Shown here one piece after another: positions 52,435-63,809 of a DNA stretch of 64,000 nucleotides. Both the position numbers and the translations under genes were made by a program. Each line of letters opens with the position of its first letter. Position 1 is the first letter of the stretch. Source of the DNA: Lepidodermella squamata (lineage: Eukaryota; Animalia; Gastrotricha); assembly GCA_047495785.1 (NCBI GenBank), contig JBLDXI010000018.1:62001-126000 (forward strand). The letters are read 5' to 3'. A model generated the notes under the pieces. The model saw only the letters and a list, made by a program, of their open reading frames with translations, was not told where the DNA came from and ran no database searches.

Positions 52435-53045
52435 TTGTTCGAGAACTGTAAACCTAACTCATATTTCGACGTTTGAGTTTGTGGTCCATCTGCTTTCTGT
52501 AGGCTTTTAACGCCAAGGAACCCTAATGGCATGCGTGACGCCTCTCACAAGACCTTTTTGCCGTTTAATTAATTCCACTTTTCTCGCCTGTGTTGGAATT
52601 TCAGAGTGGCTTTTAGGAAAATCACTGTCAACATTTATTTTGCAGGTAGCCAATGCCTAGACTAGAAACTGGGTGAGTCAAACAACGTCACCAATCACCA
52701 ATGAGCTCGAGTTTCATATTTCCGCTTGCGTATCAACCTATCTATAATTTTCCGATCATTGCAGTGAAGCGTTGAGGCAGGACTGATGGATTAGCGGCTG
52801 AGTGCTCGTGCAGTAGACAGTGGACACCAGCCTAAATGTTGTTCGCTTTATGAATAAATGAGTTGAGCTATAAGACCTGACAAAGACTTCTCCGGATTTC
52901 CGGCGGTTGAGCTGTTCCACTACTGAAATTAACCTTTATATCCGTTGCTTTTATTAAGTTCTCTTGTGAAACCGGTAAAAAATGCATCGCTTTCTGAATA
53001 AGACATTTAAATTCAACTGATGCCGTTATCAATTATGCAAAGCGA

Positions 53046-54582
53046 TCATAGTACCAATATATGGTGAATTGCCAACAATATTGGGAAGATAATGCTGACA
53101 TTTTTTTGTACAGCGAACTTTGATTTGGCATTCGATGAGGGGGCAAGCGGACCTGAGAGCTTGGGTTTGCTTTTCTTCCTTGAGAAATTTGACACTGAAG
53201 TTGGTGCTGCAGTTGCAGTTGAGAGGCTGGCAATTTTCTTGCTGGGTACGCCTCTTGCAAGATTCAGAACGGCCGGGTCGTTATCCGTGCAGAATATGTC
53301 GTTGTTACACTGGTCCGAGCAGCATATGCATTCCTGCAAAAAATCAAGAGGTTAAGCTAGATTCACAAATAAAAATCTCGGCGAACATGTTCGTGCAGTC
53401 ACCCGTGATGTTCGGCGCGAATAGAAACTGTTCGCCGAAAATGTTTGGACGAACAGTTTCTATTTGCGCCGAACACTATTGTTATTTTGGAGGAACATTC
53501 ACGCTTGATGCACACGCTCGCTATTGTTTAGGAGCGCCCATTGCGTAATAGCGGCGAACAAATTTGAGCTACCGCGGCAGCTCACGTGACCTTGGTGTGC
53601 GGTTGCTGGGCAACCCAAGTGCTGTTTTATTGGGGGTTAACGCAATAAAATGATCAAATTTACACCATCAATAGATTTAGAAGACCTTGTGAAATATTCA
53701 TCCTATATTGCCTCTCCGGTCATACAAATTTTCGCAGAAATTTTTCGCATGGGTGAGCCTGATCCCTATACAATTATATATGTTTATATTCCAAATTGCG
53801 ACGCGAGTAAAGATATGACAACAAAAATCGCAAATTTATCAAATTGACAAAAAACCATATTCACCCTGGGCAGTTTTTGGCGAACATTTGCCCTGTTCGC
53901 CCTGATTACGATCTGTTCGCCGCACTGAAGCGTTTGTTCGCGGCGAACACTCTGCCCGGCGAACATTTTGCAATTTGTGAATCTAGCTTTAGAATGTTCC
54001 ATTGCGATAGCCAACACCTTCGTCGCCCAATGAATGGGCTAGGGATCAAAAGCAGACTATTACATAGACTTTAGTGGTATTGCTAAGACTATGATGATAG
54101 GAATATAACCCTTTATTAGTGAAATTTCGTGAGAATGAGCTTGGAACGGAAGAAGCTTAATCTCTATTAGGACCACGGTTGATAATAGGATGATTTTACA
54201 TGGTATGCTACCCCAAATCCTAAATGTCTAAGTGCTTCGTAACATTGAACTCATCTCACCCTTTTGAAAGCAGAACCATCCAAGCTGGCTGAAGCAACAA
54301 TAGATCCTTTGCACGATTCGGTAACCATCGTTACACATTCGTACGTTATAGCCCTGTTAACGATGCCACGTTTTTTAGAAATCACCGCTGCTTTCTACAA
54401 AAAATAAATAAGCCAACAATTTTAGTTAAGAATTACTTTACTTTGCAAGCGAAGCAGTTTTCTGCGAGTGCAGCCTTCGAAAAAGCACCGTCGAAGTTGT
54501 TTACCGAGGCGTAATCTTTAGCATTCGGGCTTTGGAAGCACTGCAACCCTGTTAGTACGACCAAAAACGCTAAACAAGGCAT
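53046..54582 (-). CDS. Ly6/uPAR (three-finger, quiver-like) protein E1, probable GPI anchor
   Basis: Exons (start uncertain: 54582 or upstream ATG 54693)-54442, 54260-54394, 53046-53333. GLQCF..CFACK..C..C..CICCSDQCNNDIFC, then a hydrophobic C-terminus. Confidence 0.75.
53355..53988. mobile_element. PIF/Harbinger-like MITE in E1 intron
   Basis: TIR agctagattcacaaat / atttgtgaatctagct, TTA duplication on both sides, internal gcgaaca/tgttcgc repeats. Confidence 0.8.
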
Positions 54583-54751
54583 ATTGCCAGAGATCTGCAC
54601 CCGAAAATCATCATTAGCCGACGCAAGACTGGCGGCATTCTTCGCCTTAATTCCGAATTCACACTCCGCGCATAATGTAAATATCTCAGCCATGTTTTTA
54701 TTATTAATTATGTGCACTCAGTAAGATGGAATTCGATGCCCTAGTCATCTC

Positions 54752-55362
54752 CTAATTTCCGCACTTGGAAGATGAGCTAGTAGTACTATTAATGGCCGTA
54801 GTGTTACTTGTGGTCATGACAATATTTCGAAGGTTTGGATCTTCGTCAGAGCAAAATTTGTCGTCATTACATCGATCCGTGCAGCAAACGCAAGTCTGAC
54901 AAGAGTAAAATTAGGATTTCTCTAAATAGCTGCAAAACTCACTGTAGTTATTTGTGACTGGTCTCTATAGCCGAAAATGCCCACAGATCCTCGGCAAACG
55001 TCGGTGTCGATTGTACGAACGCAATCCATTCGAATTGTCGTTTGGATAAGGCCGGCCAAGTTGAAAGAATTGACGTACTTTTGACAAGCCGAGCAGTTGC
55101 CGATCAATCGCAAACGTTGCACGGGAATGAGCGACGACCGAATATTGCTGTTTTGATTGCCATCTGAAACTACGCCAGAGCTAGAAACGAAAGGGAGAAC
55201 TGAGTTGCTGGGGTCTGAGCTAAGAGTGCCGTTGTCATAGCATGATAATCCTTAAATAGAAATAAAAGTTTCAGGAGCAACAAACTTTATCAAGCGCCAC
55301 TCACCAAAGGCTGATGGAATTATATTTGAAGAGATGAACAAAGTTATGATTAAGAAGTTCAT
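54752..55362 (-). CDS. Ly6/uPAR-like protein E2, no hydrophobic tail (probably secreted)
   Basis: Exons 55305-55362, 54943-55250, 54752-54895. GLSCYD..CSACQK..C..C..CVCCTDRCNDDKFC; ends SSSSKCGN*. Confidence 0.82.
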
Positions 55363-55447
55363 CTAATTTAATAATTGGCAAATTTAGGATGATTAAAAGC
55401 TAATGGGGCGCGTTAGAAGTCACAAGCTTTATTACATGAAAGGGTTG

Positions 55448-56166
55448 CTACGCCGAGTACAAAACGCGAATAATGAAGCCAGTCAGAATGACGAAAAACG
55501 ACATGAAGAGACCGGTCAGTCTGCGAGATGCTGCCGAACATTGCGATCCGTAAGGTTTTTGACCGTTCAATACTGCCCGTTGCATGTACGGATCGGCATC
55601 GTTGCAAAACTGGTCGTTATTGCAGCCGTCGGAACAGCATGTGCAAGACTAGATTGAAAGATTTGATTTTCTTAGTTTTTCAATGAAATGTTGGCTCATA
55701 CCCGTTGGAAAACTGTCAAATCCATGTAAGCTACGACATTTACCGCCGGAACACAGGAAGTACCAGCTGGACCAGTTGGGGAGCATTCATACCTAACAGT
55801 GCTGTATTGGAACTGAGTCGTATTATAGGTAACCACGTATTTCTAAAAAATATCATTTCTAGAAAAGAATTCGAGCTTAACATCCCAACCAACCAGGCAA
55901 CTAATGCAGTTCCGTGAGATTGAGCTTGCGCTAGGATTAGCAATCGAGGACCCTAGTAACCGAGCTTGGGCGCCGGCCGTTGCGTAATTGGCGTTGTAAA
56001 CGTAGTTTGAGGCCGAAGCATCCCCGCTATCGTAGCAAGATAACCCTGAAATAACAAACAGGAATTCGACAAAAATGGAAGAATGGCGCGAGTTGATCAG
56101 CTCACCTTTTACAGTTTGAAAGATGGCAGCGATCGCCGCAAATTTTACAACAGCCTGATTTACCAT
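55448..56166 (-). CDS. Ly6/uPAR-like protein E3, probable GPI anchor
   Basis: Exons 56106-56166, 55894-56045, 55702-55842, 55448-55648. GLSCYD..CISCLK..CTCCSDGCNNDQFC; hydrophobic tail. Confidence 0.82.
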
Positions 56167-56327
56167 AGGGCTTCCAGTCGTTGGTAATAGGATTCGTGCA
56201 CTGTATTAAGATTGCGATGCATATGAAGTAAACTTCATGTCAAAAGACTGTCTTTCATTGAACGGTAAAATGGTTTATTTCAGCACTTTGAGGAATTTAT
56301 CAATAGATCTTATGAATAGAAGAAACG

Positions 56328-57531
56328 CTATGAAGAGTCGTGATTCAAAGCAACGAAATGTTGTTGCTGAGCTCTTCTCCTACCTAACCATAAAGGAACT
56401 ACCACGCAGGGTACAACAAAACAGGCGAAGGCCAGGATGCCAGATATTACAACCACAGGCATAAACCACTTGCGATCACCTGTTTTACGAAAATAAGAGC
56501 ATAACCACTTGAATAGATTCGGAAAATTACCTTTATTCAAATTCAGAGGTTCGACGTTTGAGTAAACATCGAATTTTGTGGAGCAGTTGAATTCATAACC
56601 TGGTGAATCGTCCTGGATGGGCTCATCCACATTTTTCGCATCAGTGCGACTGATTGTTGCGTAAATCCATCCCAAAATGAGGCAAATGCTTGTGAAAACA
56701 TCCGGTGTTGTCGAATCACAATCTGGCATTCCGCTGAAGATAGCCAACAACATGTGGAGAGGCTCTGAAGCCATATCTTGGAGGCACTGTAAGGGACCTG
56801 CCAAGTCTGTCACGCAATCAGTTTTGTTGTTTCGTCCTGCGCAGAATTCAGGCAGGGAGTTTACAGGGCAGTCTTTCCCGGATAGAAAACTGTACTCGGA
56901 ATACGAGCTTTTATATCCCGGAGCCACGATCTTCCGGCAGGACCTTGGAGACGTAATCCTGCTGCAGTTTTGACAGAAGGAGATCGAAGGGAGGCAAATA
57001 GGAACTGCTGATAATGGCAGGATGTCTTTGATTTGCAACAATACAAAGTCGTACTCTTTGCTTTCCTGATCGTAATTCGGATGAGAAATCAGTGTAGGGG
57101 TTGTCCTCATTCTAAACTCCCTTGAGTTTCGAGCTTCATTCAAAGTGAAGAAGGCATCCACCCTAAATACAAGTGAAATCGCACTAGACGAACTTCAAAT
57201 GGAATTTTCGATAGGTTACCTCGCGAATTCTTTATCAGATTGGTATAGGCAGGAGTGAGAAGTTACCAGCCAGGAGGGATTTATCAGTGTGGCAGCACAT
57301 CGAATGCTTGGCTCTGTATTATTCCTGTAGGTTATTTCCAATCTCGCCAGCCAAGGGTAAATGTTTCCGAACGAAGCTGCGACCCCACAGTGCTGGAGGA
57401 GGGTCAGGAGGGTCAAGTTATGAAAATGATTTCTCTTGATCGAATCATACCTGATTAGCAAATTGCTGTTGACAATGTACAGCAGCAACGACATAAGAGG
57501 AAAAGAACACTATAGTCGCTATTTTATGCAT
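56328..57531 (-). CDS. Membrane-anchored trypsin-fold serine protease homologue, catalytically degenerate, ~362 aa
   Basis: Exons 57451-57531, 57220-57392, 56328-57162. CG..YPWLA, CAATLINPSWLVTSHSC, HPNY..YDFVLL, PICLP, FCAG, CVTDLAGPLQC; C-terminal TM segment. Confidence 0.88.
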
Positions 57532-57839
57532 TTAGAATGTCCTGATTGAGTCTGTTTTCGAAAAAATTCTTCAGCAGTTATTAGCGAAGGCTAAACACGA
57601 TTCTTCGCCTACTTTTCTACGACTCATTGAGGCGAGCCAGGCGTTATTCTGTTATTAAACCGTTTGAATAGAACGCTTGAATAGCTCATCGCTGGTAGCA
57701 TCTGAAAAGGCTTCTATAAATGGAATTAATCCCGTAATCCAGTACTTTCCATTACAAAATTCTGTTTTAGTCTTTCCCACTGCTAAGAATATTTTAGCAA
57801 CATCAGCTTTCATCATTCTGCCGCATGGTTTATTGAAAA

Positions 57840-58512
57840 TTACATGATTACAGGGAAAATAAGCATTAGGATGGTGGCGAAAACAGGTTTAATGGAATGG
57901 GCGCTGCATTTTTCCTGAGGAGCAAGGCCGACCAAGCTTCCGGTAACCACGGCAGATAGACCGGTGTCACTTGCCGAGCAAAACTTGTCGTCGTTGCATC
58001 GGTCTGTGCAACACGTGCAAACCTGCAATCGGCTGAGTTAATCTTGAATGCGAATTTTTAATCCCAAAATTATACCCGGGTATACATGGGCTGGTCATTG
58101 TAGGCGAATACATTCACAGAACCGTAGCATCCAGCCAGCCGTGTTGAGGCAGCGAGATCTCCAGCTGTCGTACACGAGTAAGAAACTGAGACGTATCTCG
58201 TGCCCATCATGTTGTTGGAAACCAAGGATTTCTATACATTTATTTTGATTTTCAATAATCTCAAGATTTCAATGATGTGAAAAACCGTGCATTCCACGCA
58301 ATCGTTCCTCAGAGTTGGAGCCGAAGATGCCGTGTTGCTAGGCAAAGACATGGCAGCTGAGGATGAAGCAGCTGCAGCATTTGTGTTATCGTAGCAAGTC
58401 ACAGCTGGTGGGAAGTTCTTATAGCATGAAATGAAAGCTACCGAACAATCCTACCTTCTGAGGATGCAATTTGAGATAGAAAGAAAATCACAGAAACAGA
58501 ATAGGAAATCAT
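57840..58512 (-). CDS. Ly6/uPAR-like protein E4, probable GPI anchor
   Basis: Exons 58455-58512, 58286-58404, 58076-58231, 57840-58022. AVTCYD..CVECTK..CTCCTDRCNDDKFC; hydrophobic tail. Confidence 0.82.
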
Positions 58513-58656
58513 TTTTATTTGCTGGTGATTAAACTCGAAAAAAGTAACACGAGACGATGTTTTTTTCTAACCTGAAATTGTTAAAAATGATTGCCTGCAC
58601 TATTGCACCAACAGTCTGCGCGCCATTTAAAAGCTGTCAATAGGCTTTGAATTGAG

Positions 58657-59517
58657 TCACGATTCCATAGCTTTTCTTTGGGACCATTCTACCCACGAGC
58701 CTATGTAAACACCCCAGTCATTAAGACCAGCTGTAGCCGCTATGCAGGCCAAACCACATGCTGTCATCCCTGCTTGACAAGTTACCCAGACCTTCTGGTC
58801 CTTCGATGCATCGAAGCCAAAATCCTGTCTGAGTTTCGCCAAAATTTTGTCGCGACTCAGCAGTAACAAGCCGCCTGATGATTCATCGCCAAATACGTTG
58901 AACGGGATATTGATAGATTTGGGAATCGCTCCCTGGTCAAACACTTTGGGCAAGCGAGAATCGATGAGCAACGGACATTCCTTCGACATGGACTGACTCA
59001 GCTGGACTATTTGGTCGTAATCCACTTTTAGATGCTTGTGTTCGACAGCGACGAAATCACCAGCCTCTGGTAGTTGGGTCACATCCTGTGTCAAAGGATA
59101 CCGAAGCTGAATCCACCTTTCAAGCCCACCGTCGAGCACTGAAACTTTCTTATGACCGAAATAACGAAATAACCACCAAACCCTTCCAGCTGGGATAAAT
59201 CTTTGCGAAACAGGCATAGCTTCGTAAATAATAATCCTTGTATCAGAATTAATTCCGAATTGCTGAGCATAGGCCTCAAAACTATCTGCATCCGGAACGC
59301 CATGAGGTATCATAGGGTCATTGGGGAAAGTCCCATGACGGAAGTCGAAGTGGAAAGATCCTGGGATATGGCGCTCCTTGTACTTTTCGGTGTAGTCCAC
59401 TTTACCATTGTTATCCCAGGAAGCATCGAGTATTACCACTCTGGAAGCTGAACTTGGTAGGGAAATGAGGCTCAACAGATCCTCACAGCTAATCAGAACA
59501 GGGCATGGATTCGACAT
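58657..59517 (-). CDS. Tandem-domain rhodanese / 3-mercaptopyruvate sulfurtransferase (TST/MPST family), 286 aa, intronless
   Basis: ILDASW, HIPGS, RVWWLFRYFGH..VSVLDGGL, IDSR, GAIPKSINIPF, active-site CQAGMTAC, YIGSWVEW. Confidence 0.93.
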   Translation of the reverse strand: MSNPCPVLISCEDLLSLISLPSSASRVVILDASWDNNGKVDYTEKYKERHIPGSFHFDFRHGTFPNDPMIPHGVPDADSFEAYAQQFGINSDTRIIIYEAMPVSQRFIPAGRVWWLFRYFGHKKVSVLDGGLERWIQLRYPLTQDVTQLPEAGDFVAVEHKHLKVDYDQIVQLSQSMSKECPLLIDSRLPKVFDQGAIPKSINIPFNVFGDESSGGLLLLSRDKILAKLRQDFGFDASKDQKVWVTCQAGMTACGLACIAATAGLNDWGVYIGSWVEWSQRKAMES

Positions 59518-59657
59518 TTTTCATATGAGAGGCAGAACAGCGAAGGATAAGACCTAGACTTAATCTGATAAGATAAAAATCCTTCGATAAGGCGATCCTT
59601 TCTCTCGTTTTATTCTCATAAAAATTACAGGTTTTGCATTGTTAAATTGAAAAAGAC

Positions 59658-60345
59658 CTAGTAAGTAAATTTGAGGACTATTGATGAAATGAGTAAGAAT
59701 GCATTAAATCGGAAGTTTGTCTGAGCTCCACTACCGCATCGATAGCCATTCCTACCGAACGTTAGTGCCACACTTGTTATCAAAGGATCCGAATCACTGC
59801 AATACATCTCGTCGTTACATTTGTCAGTACAGCACGTGCAAGTCTGAAAATTTCACAATTGTGATATGAAAATACGCCAAATTCGGGCCACTTACCCTAG
59901 TCTGCATTGTTCCGTCCGACTTGGCAACGGCTGAAACAGATTCGCTGCATAAAATTTCGGGCGGAAGTGAGAAGTAGTCGCGAATGCATTTGTACTGAAT
60001 GTGGCTGTATTGCAATCCTTGTGACGAGTAGATGGTCACCTGCTTCTGGCACCCCTCACATTTATCAATCAGTCGAGTTTGGGCAGCTTCGCCACCAGGA
60101 TACGGCTGGACTGAGTTGTAACGAGTTAGAAGTTGAAACGGAGTCAGAGCTTGATCCCTTTCGACACTTCCCGTGTGATAACAGCTTAAATTTGCTGGAA
60201 TTTATTGAAAGTGATACGGGCATCTTTTTAGACGGATTAGCTTACCATACAAGTAGTAAGGGTTGTAGGCCTGAGCATGCAATGTTCGGCTCAAGATACT
60301 GAGTATGGCACCTATTAAAGCTACTTGCGGCGGGCTAGCAGCCAT
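59658..60345 (-). CDS. Ly6/uPAR-like protein E5, probable GPI anchor
   Basis: Exons 60246-60345, 59896-60194, 59658-59843. NLSCYH..CEGCQK..C..C..CTCCTDKCNDEMYC; hydrophobic tail. Confidence 0.82.
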
Positions 60346-60567
60346 TTTTTCGGCCTAGCAGAAGCAATCCTGAGAAAAAACACCGTCTCTGCGTTTAGGA
60401 TACAAGTCTTACACATTGGTCAATAGGTGCGCTCTATAGCGGCGTTGCTAGTGGTGACCGCGGCAAAAATCGAGCATAACTCTATTGAATGACCGGCGTC
60501 TCTTCTGAGAGAAATCAGCACACATACTCGTGTATGCGCTTTTTTATTACGCAAAAATTCGTCCCGA

Positions 60568-61250
60568 CTAGGGAATTCGAAATAAAAAAAGGATTAAGAT
60601 TGTGATTGAGTAAGAAGGGCTATTTGCAGAGGCTCCGCTGAACTGCCGCCAATGAGTGCCTGCGTTAGAACTGTCAAATTGGTGCCGAGAAGTTTGAGGC
60701 TCATCAGACTTAGATACGCCGCTGAAAATGGTGCTAGATGTCATTATAGCAACTAAGCTAAGAATGTTAGGATCACGCTCTGAGCAGAGCTTTCCATGAT
60801 TGCATAAGTCCGTGCAACATCTACAAATCTATAAAGAAGAAACCCAGATCATAAGAATGAACAATTTAGAAAAACCTCACTTTAACAGCCAGGGAGCCAT
60901 CAGTGTAAGCAGCTGCATTTGCAGATCCTTTACATGGGGTGGTTTTGATCACGCAATGGTAGTTTTCGGTTAACTGGACCGAATCTCCGTTGTTGTTGCT
61001 GATAGAAACCGCTTTCTGAAGTCAATATGACATAATGGACTCCATGGTTCAAAAAGAATTTTAACCTCGCAACTTGTGCAGTTATCCAATGTTATTGGAA
61101 CAGGTAGAAGATATCCATCACTGGCGTTGTTGCTGTAACACGTTATAGCTGAAAATGTTGGAATTTAGCAATATCCGCCAAAATACTCAAAATTTTCCAA
61201 CCTTTAGAAGCTGCAAACAGGAGAAGATCAGCGAAAAGGACCCTCAACAT
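60568..61250 (-). CDS. Ly6/uPAR-like protein E6, probable GPI anchor (absent from ORF track)
   Basis: Exons 61202-61250, 61066-61148, 60881-61015, 60568-60828. AITCYS..CTSCEK..C..C..CRCCTDLCNHGKLC; ends ITILILFLFRIP*. Confidence 0.82.
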
Positions 61251-61489
61251 TTTGAGAAATAAGCATACTTTGATCTAGCTGACCTTAGTCCTTACTTAGC
61301 ACTCTTCCCTCAGATTTAATTTCTATTTTTGGATCAATAAATTACGCGTCGCAGGCATTGCTACGCTGCCTTGATTTCGGTGATTCAATTACCTGCATCA
61401 AGGGGCTCAAAAATATCACATTTTATTCCGTTCAGTTTCAAAATTATATCAACAGGTTTTTTTACGAAAGAAGTGCTTGATACAAACAT

Positions 61490-62142
61490 TCAGTTGCTAG
61501 ATAATAATTGATTTCCGGAGAACAGAAGAAAGGCGATAGTGGATACGATGAAAAAAGGCAGGGAGTTCAAAATCGAGGGGCCATTCTGATGCCGTAAAAT
61601 GCTCATGGCGTCGCTAGTTTTGTTGATGCAACTCTTCGCGATTTGAATGCCTTCGCTGTAGGCATTCGCACTGAAATTTGAAACGACTAATTTGACATTT
61701 GGGTCGCGTTCTGTGCAGAAATCTTCGTTGTTGCATCGATCCTTGCAGCATAAGCATTGTCTACGGAACATTGATCCGTCTGGATATGCTGTTATCGTAA
61801 TTGAGGCCTGGCACCACTCAACATTTGTCCCGGTTGCTTTTTCGTCCAAGCACTGCCAATTGCTGTAAGAGTAGTACAAATTCCGGTGGTTTTGGATTAT
61901 CGAGGTTTTCTAGGCATCAAAAATTCAATAAAAATTGAAAAAATTAAATGATGTCTCACCTGGCATGCTGCACAATGGTATTTCACCACTGTTTGATGGA
62001 AAGCTCCATAAGTGATGCTGCCGGCAACCTCTTCATCGATCGAATGGTAGCAGGATAGCCCCCGATGCGTCGCAGTTGCATAACAGAAAAGGGTAACAAA
62101 CAAGAAACCACCGAGTCCTGGGCTAAACGCTGGCCGGGACAT
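61490..62142 (-). CDS. Ly6/uPAR-like protein E7, probable GPI anchor
   Basis: Exons 61960-62142, 61490-61909. GLSCYH..CAACQK..WQC..WC..CLCCKDRCNNEDFC; hydrophobic tail. Confidence 0.82.
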
Positions 62143-62558
62143 TGCTAAGCAGTTTTTCGCAGCTCAAAAAGTAATATGTATCTGTATTTGATTGCGATGA
62201 CAAGCAAGCCTTTCGTCGCTATAGGCTACGCACCCTTTTCATACGACGGGCTTTGATGATCGAACGGCTTTTCAATTCGGGTAAACGCGTGAGACTGTTT
62301 TGTCAAAAAGCGTCGTGGTAATTGAGATCAAAACGCAAAGAAATGGATACACATAAACGCAATACGGGAGGTACCTATGCGTTGCTTGTTTACAAAAAGT
62401 GGTACAGTAACATTGAATTGAAGATGCGCATACAGCTATTTCCTGTAATCGCAACACTAATGCGGGGTGCTGGTCCATGTTGCGATAGAAAATGGTTGAG
62501 ATGAAAGATGAGAAATGGCTGACTAACGAGTTCTCTGCGCGGTTAACCATCCAGCAAG

Positions 62559-63807
62559 ATGGCTTTAATAACGTTTTTTGGAAAAATGAATGTTAGTTGG
62601 TTCTCTGTCGGTTTCTTTTTAGGGTTTCTACATATAATAGAACCAACCGAAGGTCAGAGCGAAATTCTCCTGCGCTTTCAATTTTTTATGCAATTTTTTC
62701 TCACAGGAATAGCATGCTTCGCTCACTCGACTACGAGAAGCATAGCTGCAGGTAAAACAGAGTCTGCTGCAGTCTCGAAAGGTTGCTCTGAATGCAGAGT
62801 AAGAACGATTTAAGAACTAAACTTTAACGATCTATTTTTACTTTTTTTTTATTTTCGTAGAAATCTTTCTCAAAATACAACGCTTCTGGGGTTCTTACCA
62901 TAACAGAACGTTGGCAATGTGAAACCAGTAGCAGATCTGCCACTGGACCTCGTCACGAAACCGTTTCGCTGACCTATTTTACAGGTACCTTCAACGAGAC
63001 ACCAGAACCCTTGTCTTGAAATACCTTTTCCAGACGTTTCGACCGAAATTCGTCAGTGTAATTGCTTCAGCGACTTGTGCAACTCTCTTGATGATTCCTT
63101 TTGTGGCGAGAGTAACACGTGGATAAGACGGCTCAAGTCTATCATCGACCAGCCGGAGTATAACAAACCAGTCAAGGCAAATAGTCGGCAGTGTTACAAG
63201 GCAACAAATAGCCGAGCAAGTGCCGGCTTCGATCCAACAGGAACCTACGAGGCTGAACGTGCTGATAGCTCAGCTTTTTCCTTTGAGAGATCAGCAAACA
63301 TCTCGAGAAATTGCAAGGAATGCAAGGTAAGCTGATACCCATAATTCGATATGGAACTTTGAATGGGGATTTCTCTAGAGATCAACACTAACATCGTACA
63401 ACAATGATGGTGTTCTTACTAATGACAAACGCGAATGGGAATGTACTTCGAGTCTCGGTGGCGGGTCTTTTGATAGCAAGAAGAAGCAATGCGTTCCTTC
63501 GATAGTTGCAACGGTTTCGACTGACGGCCGGTCTTTCTGGCGATCGGCTTGCACGTGCTGCAACGACCGTTGTAATGACGAGAGATTTTGCACCCTACAA
63601 TCAGCGACTTACAGCGGCGTTGATGGGCCCGAGCACGGAGTTCACGATCACAACATTGTCGAGGCGAGGTCCTTCCTAGCCAAGGCTAACCCTGGAGGAA
63701 AGCAGACGCTGATGCAGCGACGGAAAACCAATGGGATTGATGGTCGAAAACTCGCGTGTTACTCATTGATTCTGGCGGGACTGTTGGTTACGACTTTCGT
63801 AAAGTGA
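62559..63807 (+). CDS. Two-domain Ly6/uPAR-like protein E8, probable GPI anchor
   Basis: Exons 62559-62652, 62707-62798, 62861-62984, 63034-63326, 63379-63807 in frame. Domain 1 ends CNCFSDLCNSLDDSFC; domain 2 ends CTCCNDRCNDERFC. Confidence 0.82.
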
Positions 63808-63809
63808 CT

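Noticed and set aside
58657-59517. Horizontal transfer of the sulfurtransferase
   Set aside because: Lack of introns alone is insufficient; the motifs fit animal TST/MPST equally well and a phylogeny is needed.
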